From contig CAZMCP010000007.1 in NCBI GenBank assembly GCA_964565035.1, positions 3,748 through 67,747 of the forward strand: a stretch of DNA of 64,000 nucleotides, read 5' to 3'. The stretch is from an uncultured Flavobacterium sp. (GTDB lineage: Bacteria > Bacteroidota > Bacteroidia > Flavobacteriales > Flavobacteriaceae). The notes under the pieces are model-generated. The model had not been told where the DNA came from. It saw only the letters and a list, made by a program, of their open reading frames with translations, and ran no database searches. The position numbers and the translations under genes were made by a program. Position 1 is the first letter of the stretch, and every line of letters begins with the position of its first letter. Shown here piece after piece: positions 18,531-27,317 of the stretch.

Positions 18531-19528
18531 ATAAAACTTCTAAAAATTGTATTTCTCAATACTATTTCAATCACTAACAACAAACCTGCCAGCCACACAA
18601 AAGGTCTAAATTTTTCGTCATAATTAACAAACTTTAACTCTTCTATTTTTGTGGTTTCTAACTTATTTATTTCTTTATATATATTCTCTAATCCTGTGTT
18701 GTCTTGGGCTCTAAAGTATTTTCCGCCTGTTTTTTGCGCAATTTGTTTCATTAATTTTTCATCAATTTGCACTGGCATCATCTTAAACAAAAAGCCACCA
18801 TTGGGAGCAATCGCATACGGAAACATGGCGTTACCGTTTGTACCTATTCCAATAGTGTAAACCTTAATCCCTAAGTCGGCTGCAATTTCTGCAGAAGTTT
18901 GAGGGTCTAAAAAACCAGAATTGTTAACACCGTCTGTCATTAGAATAATAACTTTGCTTTTTGCTTTACTTTCCTTCAAACGATTAACAGCAGTGGCAAG
19001 TCCCATGCCTATTCCTGTTCCATCTTGCAAAACATTATCATACTTGATGTCATTGATCGCCTGAAGGACTACAGCTTTATCGCTTGTTACAGGGGTTTTA
19101 GTATAGGCTTCAGCAGCATAAACTACAATCCCTATTCTATCATTCACTCTTTCCTCAACAAAATCTGAAGCCACTCTTTTTAACGCTTCCATTCGGTTAG
19201 GTTTTAAATCTTTTGCAAGCATACTACCCGAGACATCTGAAGCAATTACGATATCAATTCCGTTTGTGCTATTACTTTTATTACTAACATCTACACTTCG
19301 TGGTCTTGCTAATGCTATAATTAAAGAACTTAACGCCAACAACCTCATCACAAATAACAATGGTTTTAATTTTGGAAGAATCGATGTAGTCCCTTTAAAC
19401 CCTTGTAACGAACTTATTTTTAAAGTTGGTTTTTCTTGATTTCTTTTAAAAAAATACCACACAATTATTACAGGAAGTAATAAGAACAACCAAAAAAACT
19501 CTGGATTTAAAAAAGTCACATTAGTCAT
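18527..19528 (-). CDS. batA: BatA vWA-domain protein
   Basis: ALARP, DVSGSMLAKD..PNR, GTGIGMGL, TDGVNN, TGGKYFRA. Confidence 0.94.
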   Translation of the reverse strand: MTNVTFLNPEFFWLFLLLPVIIVWYFFKRNQEKPTLKISSLQGFKGTTSILPKLKPLLFVMRLLALSSLIIALARPRSVDVSNKSNSTNGIDIVIASDVSGSMLAKDLKPNRMEALKRVASDFVEERVNDRIGIVVYAAEAYTKTPVTSDKAVVLQAINDIKYDNVLQDGTGIGMGLATAVNRLKESKAKSKVIILMTDGVNNSGFLDPQTSAEIAADLGIKVYTIGIGTNGNAMFPYAIAPNGGFLFKMMPVQIDEKLMKQIAQKTGGKYFRAQDNTGLENIYKEINKLETTKIEELKFVNYDEKFRPFVWLAGLLLVIEIVLRNTIFRSFI

Positions 19529-21126
19529 TAGTTTGCTAATTTAAGTTCGACAGAGTTTAACATTCTTTCACTTATTTTTTTGGCATTTTCATCACCTACT
19601 TTATGTGCAATCATAATTTGTTGCAATCCTCCAGCTTGACTAAACAATAAAATTTGATAATACATTTCCTGTCCGTTCGCTGTGAGTGTACCATAACCTT
19701 TTATTCCTTTTATACCTTGTTCTGTGCTGAATTCTTCTTGTTTCACAATCATGTTTTGACAACCTTGAGCTTCCATTGTTTGGATAGTACCATTTAATGC
19801 TTGGCTTAAATCCAGTTCTGTTTCTTTTTTGAATTGTGTTGTAGACACTACAATTGTAAAATGATCCATTATACTACCAAACCCAAACATTTGCATGTCT
19901 TTTATTAATGCCATTGCATCTTTTGGCACTACCTTTTTAGCATCTAATCGCTTAAGTACTTCAGGAGTTTCTATAACTACTGATGGATTTCCGTATTCAG
20001 ATTTTATCCAATCTTGGTTTAATAGTTCTTTTGTAGAATATCCCGAAAAACCTCCTTTTACATAATCAAACCCCTTAGTAATAATAACAAATGTTAATGC
20101 AAACAATAGCAAAAATCCAGTTATTCCAGCCAAATTGACAAGTTGTGACTTTCTTTTTTGTTTCTTTAAAAACTCTTGCTGTTCCTTTTGCCACTTTAAA
20201 CTATTTTCATCAACCACTACTGGAATTGCTTTATCAAGTGTTAAAATAGTCGTTTCTATCTTTTTCCTATCATCGGCAATTTCAAAATCAAGCGGTTTAG
20301 ATTTTGCAAATTTTACCAAATCAGCTTGCTTTAAAACTTTTTCAAGGCCTTCTAAAGTTTCTCTGGAAAGCTTCATTTTCTTTTTGTTTGAAGCTGCACG
20401 AAGTGCTACAATAAGTTCTGATGTTGTACTTTCTTTAGCAGGAATTTCGATAGCTTCTTCGATATAATCACGAGCTATATCAGTAAGTTCTGAATAGTAC
20501 TCTTTTACTTCACCTTTAGCCAATAATTCTTTTTTCTCTAAAAGCTGTAATAAACTTGTTGCTTTTTCTATTGGCGAATTATAGATGATTTCCTCCTGTT
20601 TTGGTTTTCTATTTTTCTTCCAAAGAAGATAACCTAAATACACTATTCCCGCTAAAAGCAAAATTCCTAAAAGGTATTTCCACCAATTACCAAAGGGCTT
20701 CTCAACCGCTATAATTGGCTTGATGTCATACATTTTTTGCTTTAGTGTATCAACTTTTACATTAAAAACCTCAACTTTTATACTATCTGAAAAAATGGGC
20801 TTCTTATCGAATAAAACCGGAAGTCTAGGAATAACATATTTACCTGAATCAAATTGTGTTAATCCATACTTTTTGATTAATTCATAGTTAGCTTCATTTT
20901 TTACAGTATCTATAGGATAAGATTCAATAACTTCTAATGCTCCAAAATTGTTTCCTCTAGGGAAAGTTATTGACGTGCTTGGCTTCGTTTTTACTTTTAA
21001 GGTTAATGTAAATTGTGCACCAATTTTATTTTTTGTGGTATCAATTTTAGTTTCCAATGATTGTGCAAAAACAACCGATTGAACAAATAATAACAGTAAA
21101 AAACAATACTTTTTAATCATCATCAT
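19528..21126 (-). CDS. bat-operon membrane protein (BatD-like N-terminus)
   Basis: Signal peptide, TQFDSG, YDIKPI, ADLVKFAK; lies between DUF58 and batA. Confidence 0.85.
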   Translation of the reverse strand: MMMIKKYCFLLLLFVQSVVFAQSLETKIDTTKNKIGAQFTLTLKVKTKPSTSITFPRGNNFGALEVIESYPIDTVKNEANYELIKKYGLTQFDSGKYVIPRLPVLFDKKPIFSDSIKVEVFNVKVDTLKQKMYDIKPIIAVEKPFGNWWKYLLGILLLAGIVYLGYLLWKKNRKPKQEEIIYNSPIEKATSLLQLLEKKELLAKGEVKEYYSELTDIARDYIEEAIEIPAKESTTSELIVALRAASNKKKMKLSRETLEGLEKVLKQADLVKFAKSKPLDFEIADDRKKIETTILTLDKAIPVVVDENSLKWQKEQQEFLKKQKRKSQLVNLAGITGFLLLFALTFVIITKGFDYVKGGFSGYSTKELLNQDWIKSEYGNPSVVIETPEVLKRLDAKKVVPKDAMALIKDMQMFGFGSIMDHFTIVVSTTQFKKETELDLSQALNGTIQTMEAQGCQNMIVKQEEFSTEQGIKGIKGYGTLTANGQEMYYQILLFSQAGGLQQIMIAHKVGDENAKKISERMLNSVELKLAN

Positions 21127-21132
21127 ATAATC

Positions 21133-21999
21133 CTATCTCGATTTAAAATAGCCTAAAAGTTTAGTTACATAACTTTCGTCGACTCTAGTATTTACTGTTC
21201 CAGAGCCACATTTTGAAAAAATATCTTTAAAATAATTTACCTTATCTGTATAGTATTTTTCATACTGCTGGCGAACACTTTTAGATCCTGTATTTATCCA
21301 TTTAGTTATTCCTGTTTCTGCGTCTTGCATTGCAACTAGACCAACATTTATCATTTTTTCCTCTCGAACATCATATACTCTAACACCTGTGATATCATGC
21401 TTTTTACTGGCAATTTTCAAAGTTTTTTCGTAGTCATCATCTGCAATAAAGTCAGATATCATAAAAACAATAGCTTTCTTTTTTTGTGTTGCCGATAAAA
21501 ACTGTAATGCTTGTGAAATATTGGTTTTATTACTTTTTGGCGAAAATTCAATCAATTCACGAATAATTCTCAATACATGCGATTTTCCTTTTTTTGGCGG
21601 TATGTATAATTCAATTTGATCAGAAAATAAAATTAATCCGATTTTGTCGTTATTCTGAGTTGCTGAAAACGCAAGTGTTGCCGCAATTTCGGTTACGATT
21701 TCGCTTTTTAATTGACTTTTTGTTCCAAAATTTTCTGAACCTGAAATATCAACCATTAGCATCATGGTCAATTCACGTTCTTCTTCAAAAACTTTTACAT
21801 ATGGCTCGTTGTAACGTGCCGTAACATTCCAATCTATTGCTCTTACATCATCACCAAATTGATACTGACGCACCTCTGAAAAAGTCATTCCTCGTCCTTT
21901 AAAAGACGTATGATATTCTCCCGAAAAGATATGATCGCTCAATCTTCGGGTCTTTATCTCTATTTTACGAACTTTTTTAAGTAAATCTTTGGTTTCCAT
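21133..21999 (-). CDS. DUF58 domain protein
   Basis: GRGMTFSEVRQYQFGDDVRAIDWNVTAR, VKVFEEERE. Confidence 0.95.
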   Translation of the reverse strand: METKDLLKKVRKIEIKTRRLSDHIFSGEYHTSFKGRGMTFSEVRQYQFGDDVRAIDWNVTARYNEPYVKVFEEERELTMMLMVDISGSENFGTKSQLKSEIVTEIAATLAFSATQNNDKIGLILFSDQIELYIPPKKGKSHVLRIIRELIEFSPKSNKTNISQALQFLSATQKKKAIVFMISDFIADDDYEKTLKIASKKHDITGVRVYDVREEKMINVGLVAMQDAETGITKWINTGSKSVRQQYEKYYTDKVNYFKDIFSKCGSGTVNTRVDESYVTKLLGYFKSR

Positions 22000-22002
22000 T
22001 CT

Positions 22003-22083
22003 TTTTAGCTATTAATCATTAGCCATTAGTCATTAGCGATCAGAATTAAACTGACTGCCGAAAGCTAATTGCTAAAAGCTGAA
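22003..22083. repeat. Inverted heptamer arrays between moxR and the DUF58 gene
   Basis: tttagct attaatc attagcc attagtc attagcg arm and complementary gctaatt gctaaaa gctgaa arm. Confidence 0.65.
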
Positions 22084-23091
22084 TTAAGGCACTTCGATTT
22101 CGTTTACAATCTTATTGATTATCTCAACAGAAGTTATGTTTTCTGCTTCTGCTTCGTAGGTAATCCCAATACGGTGACGTAACACGTCATGCACAACTGC
22201 ACGAACATCTTCAGGAATTACATATCCTCGGCGTTTGATAAAAGCATAACATTTAGCTGCATTAGCTAAGTTAATACTTCCGCGCGGTGAAGCTCCAAAA
22301 CTTATTAAAGGTTTTAAAGAATCTAATTTATATTTTTCTGGATAACGAGTTGCAAAAATAATATCAAGGATATATTTTTCAATTTTTTCGTCCATATAAA
22401 CTTCACGAACAGCCTGTTGTGCACGTAAAATTTGATCTATAGAAACAACTGGATTAACTTTTTCAAAACCTCCATTTAAATTTTGACGAATTACTAAACG
22501 CTCATCTTCCATTTTAGGATAATCAATAACTGTTTTAAGCATAAAACGGTCAACTTGTGCTTCTGGTAGCGGATAGGTTCCTTCCTGTTCAACAGGGTTT
22601 TGAGTCGCTAATACTAGAAAAGGTTTTTCCAACTTAAAAGTTGTATCGCCAATAGTAACTTGCTTTTCCTGCATTGCTTCTAAAAGTGCAGATTGTACTT
22701 TAGCAGGAGCTCGATTAATCTCATCCGCAAGAACGAAATTGGCAAATATTGGCCCTTTTTTGATTGTAAATTCGTTTTCTTTAATATTATAAATCATTGT
22801 ACCCACAACGTCTGCAGGTAATAAATCTGGAGTAAACTGAATACGACTAAAACTACCATGAACTGCTTGCGACAAAGTGTTTATCGCTAACGTTTTTGCT
22901 AATCCAGGCACTCCTTCTAGTAAAATATGACCTTGACCTAAAAGTCCTATAAGCAAACGCTCTATCATGTGTTTTTGCCCAACGATTACTTTATTCATCT
23001 CCATAGTTAGAAGATCTATAAAAGCACTCTCTCTTTCTATTTTTTCATTAATGGCTCTAATATCCAAAGTCGTTGTATTTTCTTCCATCAT
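22084..23091 (-). CDS. moxR: MoxR family AAA+ ATPase
   Basis: GVPGLAKT (Walker A), RIQFTPDLLPAD, DEINRA, ATQNPVEQEGTYPLPEAQVDRF. Confidence 0.96.
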   Translation of the reverse strand: MMEENTTTLDIRAINEKIERESAFIDLLTMEMNKVIVGQKHMIERLLIGLLGQGHILLEGVPGLAKTLAINTLSQAVHGSFSRIQFTPDLLPADVVGTMIYNIKENEFTIKKGPIFANFVLADEINRAPAKVQSALLEAMQEKQVTIGDTTFKLEKPFLVLATQNPVEQEGTYPLPEAQVDRFMLKTVIDYPKMEDERLVIRQNLNGGFEKVNPVVSIDQILRAQQAVREVYMDEKIEKYILDIIFATRYPEKYKLDSLKPLISFGASPRGSINLANAAKCYAFIKRRGYVIPEDVRAVVHDVLRHRIGITYEAEAENITSVEIINKIVNEIEVP

Positions 23092-23261
23092 TGTTTTTTT
23101 TAAGGTCGTGAAATTAACATTTCAATTAATACGATGCAAATTGAAAATTAAATTAGATTCATGCTGTTAATAATGCGTTAAATGTTAAAGAAATAGGCTA
23201 TTTTTAGGCTTTGTTTAGGATTATATTTGACAAATTTTAAGAACTACTAATCAAATTTGCT

Positions 23262-24131
23262 TTGAAACCAAAATTATCATCAATTATTGCTGGCACCATG
23301 ACTTGGGGAAAATGGGGCAAAAATCTTGACACAAAAGGTATTATTTCACTATTAAATACTTGTTTAGAAGAACAAATTACAACTTTTGACCATGCAGATA
23401 TTTATGGAGGTCACACTACTGAAGAAGATTTTGGAAAAGCTTTTTTCGAAAGTAAAATTGACCGCTCATCAATTCAGTTAATTTCTAAATGTGGAATAAA
23501 ATTTACTACAGAAAAAAGAGAGTATGACGTTAAACATTATGACTATTCTGAAGAATATATCATTTGGAGTGTAGAAAATTCATTAAAAAATCTCAAAACC
23601 GATTATCTTGATGTTTTACTTCTTCATAGACCTAGTCCATTAATGATTGCAGATGAAATAGCTATTGCTATTGACAAACTAAAAACACAAGGAAAGATAA
23701 AAAGCTTTGGTGTTTCTAATTTTACTCGATCACAAACTGAATTAATTCAAAAGAACATTGATATTGATTTTAACCAGATACAATTTTCGGCTACACATTA
23801 TGATGCAATGATTAATGGCGACTTAGATTTTATGCAGTTACTCGATATCACACCAATGAGTTGGAATCCACTTGGAAGTATTTTTAAAGAAGAAATACCT
23901 CAAACTAAAAGACTAAAAGTGTGTCTGAAAAGCATGTCTGATAAGTATAATGTAGAATTAGATGTTTTGCTGTTATCCTGGATTTTGAAACATCCATCAG
24001 GCATATTGCCTGTTATAGGAACCACAAGTCCAGACAGAATTAAAAATGCTGCAAAAGCAACTATTTTGGATATGAGTTTAGAAGATTGGTTTAGGATTTG
24101 GTCTGAAAGCATGGGAAATGAAGTTCCATAA
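23262..24131 (+). CDS. Aldo/keto reductase (YdhF-like)
   Basis: FDHADIYG, SKCG, LLLHRP, GVSNF; TTG start; -7 element TATATTTG at 23222-23229. Confidence 0.92.
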   Translation: MKPKLSSIIAGTMTWGKWGKNLDTKGIISLLNTCLEEQITTFDHADIYGGHTTEEDFGKAFFESKIDRSSIQLISKCGIKFTTEKREYDVKHYDYSEEYIIWSVENSLKNLKTDYLDVLLLHRPSPLMIADEIAIAIDKLKTQGKIKSFGVSNFTRSQTELIQKNIDIDFNQIQFSATHYDAMINGDLDFMQLLDITPMSWNPLGSIFKEEIPQTKRLKVCLKSMSDKYNVELDVLLLSWILKHPSGILPVIGTTSPDRIKNAAKATILDMSLEDWFRIWSESMGNEVP

Positions 24132-24159
24132 AAAAGGCTTTGAACATTCAAAGCCTTTT
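24131..24159. terminator. Bidirectional terminator
   Basis: aaaaaggctttgaa-ca-ttcaaagcctttt between convergent genes. Confidence 0.7.
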
Positions 24160-24181
24160 AATTTGCTATTTTTTTTTTAAT

Positions 24182-24988
24182 CTATTCTAAAGTTTGACTT
24201 TGAAGAGTTGTTGCCTGACCGTTTACAACAACAATATTATCTATTACCTTAGGCAAAAGCCCAGATGTAGCATCAGGTGTTAATGTTAAAGTATATGTTC
24301 CTGCGGGTATTCCATTTATTTGAAAATTTCCGTTTTCATCGGCATAAGCAGAAACCAAACTTCCATTTACCATTACCGAAGCTAAAACCTGTACTCCTTG
24401 TGGTGTTGTAGTAACATTTCCTTTAACACTTCCAGAATTAGCCACCGTAGACACTCTAATGACTGGGCTTAAATTAAAATTGCCTGAACCGCCTGCTTCA
24501 ACTACAATTGATTTTTCAACATCAAAATCTAATAAAAAATCGTAAGTAAAATCAGGTTCAAGATTTGTGTTCACCAAAAGTTTAAGTCCTGACTGTTGAC
24601 CACTAGGTGTATTTAAAGGATAAGTGACGCCATCTTTCACGATCGAATTATCATCACCTAAAATTAAACGGATTTGCCCTAAATTTCCAGAAGGAACAAC
24701 TGCACCGTTAGCCAATAAAACATTTACCCCTCCTGTTAAATCCAATAAGTTATAAACTTGAGGATTAGCAGTACCAATACTGACCCAACCACTATCGTCA
24801 GTATTTGAATCAGTTTTAACCATAACATCTAAAACCTCAACATTAACCGCATCATAATCTCCAGGAGCATCTGTCATTCTAACGTTAATCGTAGAAGTTT
24901 TGTTTTCATCATCATTGTCGTTACAACTTGTAAAAAAAGTAATTGATAGCAATGATAAAGCAATCCATTTTAGGCTATTCATTTTCAT
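24182..24988 (-). CDS. DUF4382 domain lipoprotein
   Basis: Lipobox FTSC, MTDAPG, NLLDLTGG, QIRLILG, TPSGQQSGLK, LDFDVEKS. Confidence 0.88.
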   Translation of the reverse strand: MKMNSLKWIALSLLSITFFTSCNDNDDENKTSTINVRMTDAPGDYDAVNVEVLDVMVKTDSNTDDSGWVSIGTANPQVYNLLDLTGGVNVLLANGAVVPSGNLGQIRLILGDDNSIVKDGVTYPLNTPSGQQSGLKLLVNTNLEPDFTYDFLLDFDVEKSIVVEAGGSGNFNLSPVIRVSTVANSGSVKGNVTTTPQGVQVLASVMVNGSLVSAYADENGNFQINGIPAGTYTLTLTPDATSGLLPKVIDNIVVVNGQATTLQSQTLE

Positions 24989-25058
24989 AGTTTTGGGATT
25001 AAAAATTAATGGTATATTAACGTCAAAAAATGTAATTTAGTACGCAAACCCATTACAA

Positions 25059-26195
25059 ATGATTAATAAGCGTCTTCTTATCAAAAACTTACTCGCACAT
25101 AATGATGAGAATAGTTTTTATGATAAGAAACGCCAGTTAAACCTTCATACAAGAGAAGGTAAAGGGAAGTTTTTAAAGCATATTTGCGCACTCTCAAATT
25201 CTAATCCAAATAATAATTCCTATATAGTTGTTGGTGTCGAAGATGAAACAAACGAAATTGTAGGAGATGATTTTTTTGATGATAGTAGAATTCAAAACTT
25301 AGTAAATGCCTTTTTAGAAAATCCACCTAAAATTCAATATGAAAATATTCCTTTCCCAAATTTACCAAAAGACAAAGTAGTAGGACTAGTAACTATAAAG
25401 CCTAATCATAAAAATGCATATTTTAAAAAAGGCATACACACCATAGTAGCTAATAGTGCTTTTATAAGAGTGGGAAGTAATACTGTACCTACAGAAGATA
25501 AAATTCCCTATTCAAAACAAAATATAGAAGCAGTTATAAGTATTGAAAATAATTCTAGAAATAGTATTGCACACACTTTAGATGGTGTTTTGGATTTTAT
25601 TAATATACGTCATAAAGATATGGACACTAAATACAAAGTGTTTAAAGAACTTTTTGTGGTTTGCTGGGCCGGAAATAAGAAAAAGGTACGTGATATTACC
25701 TATTATTCTAGAGTAGATATTGAATTAGTAAACGAACAAATTAAACTTTTTTACTCTGCTCAAGATGAAGTTACAATAGAGTATAATGACAATAATTTTA
25801 TTATTACAGAATATATTCCTTTAGGGTTAAATGACAAAACCAGTTATTATCCATTAGAAAAAGTCACAATAACTTTTTTTGATAATGGATACTATAAAAT
25901 TGAAAACCAAATGCTTTTTGAGCCTCCTCAGTTTAATAAAAAAATGTTGCATCACATATACAATTCTAATAAAACTCTAATCACAAAAATGGAAAGAGGT
26001 ATCGAACTAACAGAAAGAGAGTTTAAAGATCTACATCATTTACCTTCTTCCTTTATGTTATGTTACTTGAATGGTTTTGAAAATGCTAAACAAAGACTTA
26101 TCGAAGCAAAAATTCATCTTAAACCATTCCCTCAAGTTTATGAGGGCTTTAAAGAAGCCCTAAGAGTTTTAAGAAAAATGAAATATGACAACTAA
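25059..26195 (+). CDS. Schlafen/AlbA_2-like domain protein with a C-terminal domain of unknown function (DUF5929-like)
   Basis: ENSFYDKK...ICALSNS...IVVGVED resembles the AlbA_2 core. Confidence 0.75.
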   Translation: MINKRLLIKNLLAHNDENSFYDKKRQLNLHTREGKGKFLKHICALSNSNPNNNSYIVVGVEDETNEIVGDDFFDDSRIQNLVNAFLENPPKIQYENIPFPNLPKDKVVGLVTIKPNHKNAYFKKGIHTIVANSAFIRVGSNTVPTEDKIPYSKQNIEAVISIENNSRNSIAHTLDGVLDFINIRHKDMDTKYKVFKELFVVCWAGNKKKVRDITYYSRVDIELVNEQIKLFYSAQDEVTIEYNDNNFIITEYIPLGLNDKTSYYPLEKVTITFFDNGYYKIENQMLFEPPQFNKKMLHHIYNSNKTLITKMERGIELTEREFKDLHHLPSSFMLCYLNGFENAKQRLIEAKIHLKPFPQVYEGFKEALRVLRKMKYDN

Positions 26196-26225
26196 TTGTT
26201 TGTACTATAAAAATTACTAAAGCAA

Positions 26226-26537
26226 TCATAATAAAAAGCTTGCTATTGTTTTATTGACGGTTTTAAGTGTATGCCATAACATGACAACCCATAAAAAGAT
26301 AACTCCAACAAAATTGAAAGCAATAGACGCTTCAACCTTGTACTCATTAATGTAATAAAACCCATCTTTAATAGTAAATGAAATTGTTTCTAAATCTGTA
26401 TACTTGATAAGATCTTGAATACAAAAAAAGGTAATTATTAAATTAATGACTAACATTGAAAAAACTGACAAACCAAATGTTGTTAAGAGTATGTCAATTT
26501 TATGATTTAGATAAGGAAGGTGTAGAATTGTTTTCAT
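26226..26537 (-). CDS. Small membrane protein with two hydrophobic segments
   Basis: 103 aa; has its own predicted promoter with the palindromic site upstream. Confidence 0.65.
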   Translation of the reverse strand: MKTILHLPYLNHKIDILLTTFGLSVFSMLVINLIITFFCIQDLIKYTDLETISFTIKDGFYYINEYKVEASIAFNFVGVIFLWVVMLWHTLKTVNKTIASFLL

Positions 26538-26556
26538 AGGCAGAAAAATTAGACAT

Positions 26557-26612
26557 CAAATTTAACTCCCAATTAAAGCAAAAATGTACGGTTAAACCGT
26601 ACATTTTGTTAA
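26557..26612 (-). promoter_or_regulatory. Promoter (-7 TAAATTTG) with palindromic regulator site, copy 1
   Basis: Perfect inverted repeat aaaatgtacggtt-a-aaccgtacatttt (26581-26607), centre 26594; -7 element at 26557-26564. Confidence 0.75.
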
Positions 26613-26637
26613 TTCAAAGGTGTTTGAATACTATTCA

Positions 26638-27306
26638 TTAAATTAAGCCTCTTTTTTTAGCTTCTCTTATAATATCTTCATCAGTTCCTTTTTCAATATT
26701 TAAATAAAGCTTTATTTGAACTTTCCTTTTTTCAATAGAACTCATAGACAAATTCATGTGTTGTGGTAAGTTTTTTGTTTTAATACCTTGTGACAATAAA
26801 GCTATCATTTGCCTATTAAAATCGTCTAAATAATTATCTTTTGAGAGCAATTCCTTTAAACTAGATTTTACTGTTGCACTGTTGTAAATTTCTTCATTTA
26901 TAATTGCTTCAAAAGCTTTTAAAAGTTCATCTGCTGTAAAATCGCTTTTTACCAGTAAACCATTAGGACTAACCCTTTTTATAATATTATATAATATGAG
27001 TGTTTCAATATGTGAAGTTAATATTACAATTTTAGTTATTGGACTTTGTTTTTTTATCAACAAAGCTAAATCCTCTCCATTATTAATATTTTTTTCCTCA
27101 TAAGGTGGTAAACTGTAGTCAAGAAAAACAATGTCAAAATAATTTTTTTTACTAGGATTCACTATTACATCATATGCATCTTTACAATTAAATGCAGAGG
27201 TGGTTTCAATTTCATATCCAAGATCATTATAGGATAGAATAATTTTATATCCTTCAATCATTGAAGGATGATCGTCAACCATTAAAATTTTTACTTTCTT
27301 AGTCAC
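26638..27306 (-). CDS. NarL/LuxR-type response regulator
   Basis: Receiver motifs ILMVDDH, VFLDYSLP, ILTSH, LVKS; C-terminal HTH-like segment LLSQGIKTK...SMSSIEKRK. Confidence 0.92.
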   Translation of the reverse strand: MTKKVKILMVDDHPSMIEGYKIILSYNDLGYEIETTSAFNCKDAYDVIVNPSKKNYFDIVFLDYSLPPYEEKNINNGEDLALLIKKQSPITKIVILTSHIETLILYNIIKRVSPNGLLVKSDFTADELLKAFEAIINEEIYNSATVKSSLKELLSKDNYLDDFNRQMIALLSQGIKTKNLPQHMNLSMSSIEKRKVQIKLYLNIEKGTDEDIIREAKKRGLI

Positions 27307-27317
27307 TTTATAATTAT

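Noticed and set aside
26581-26607. Perfect hairpin read as only the terminator of the response regulator gene
   Set aside because: It could also terminate, but a 1-nt loop is implausible as drawn, and the second copy at 29783 lies in a divergent promoter region with identical spacing to a -7 element, which favours a protein-binding site
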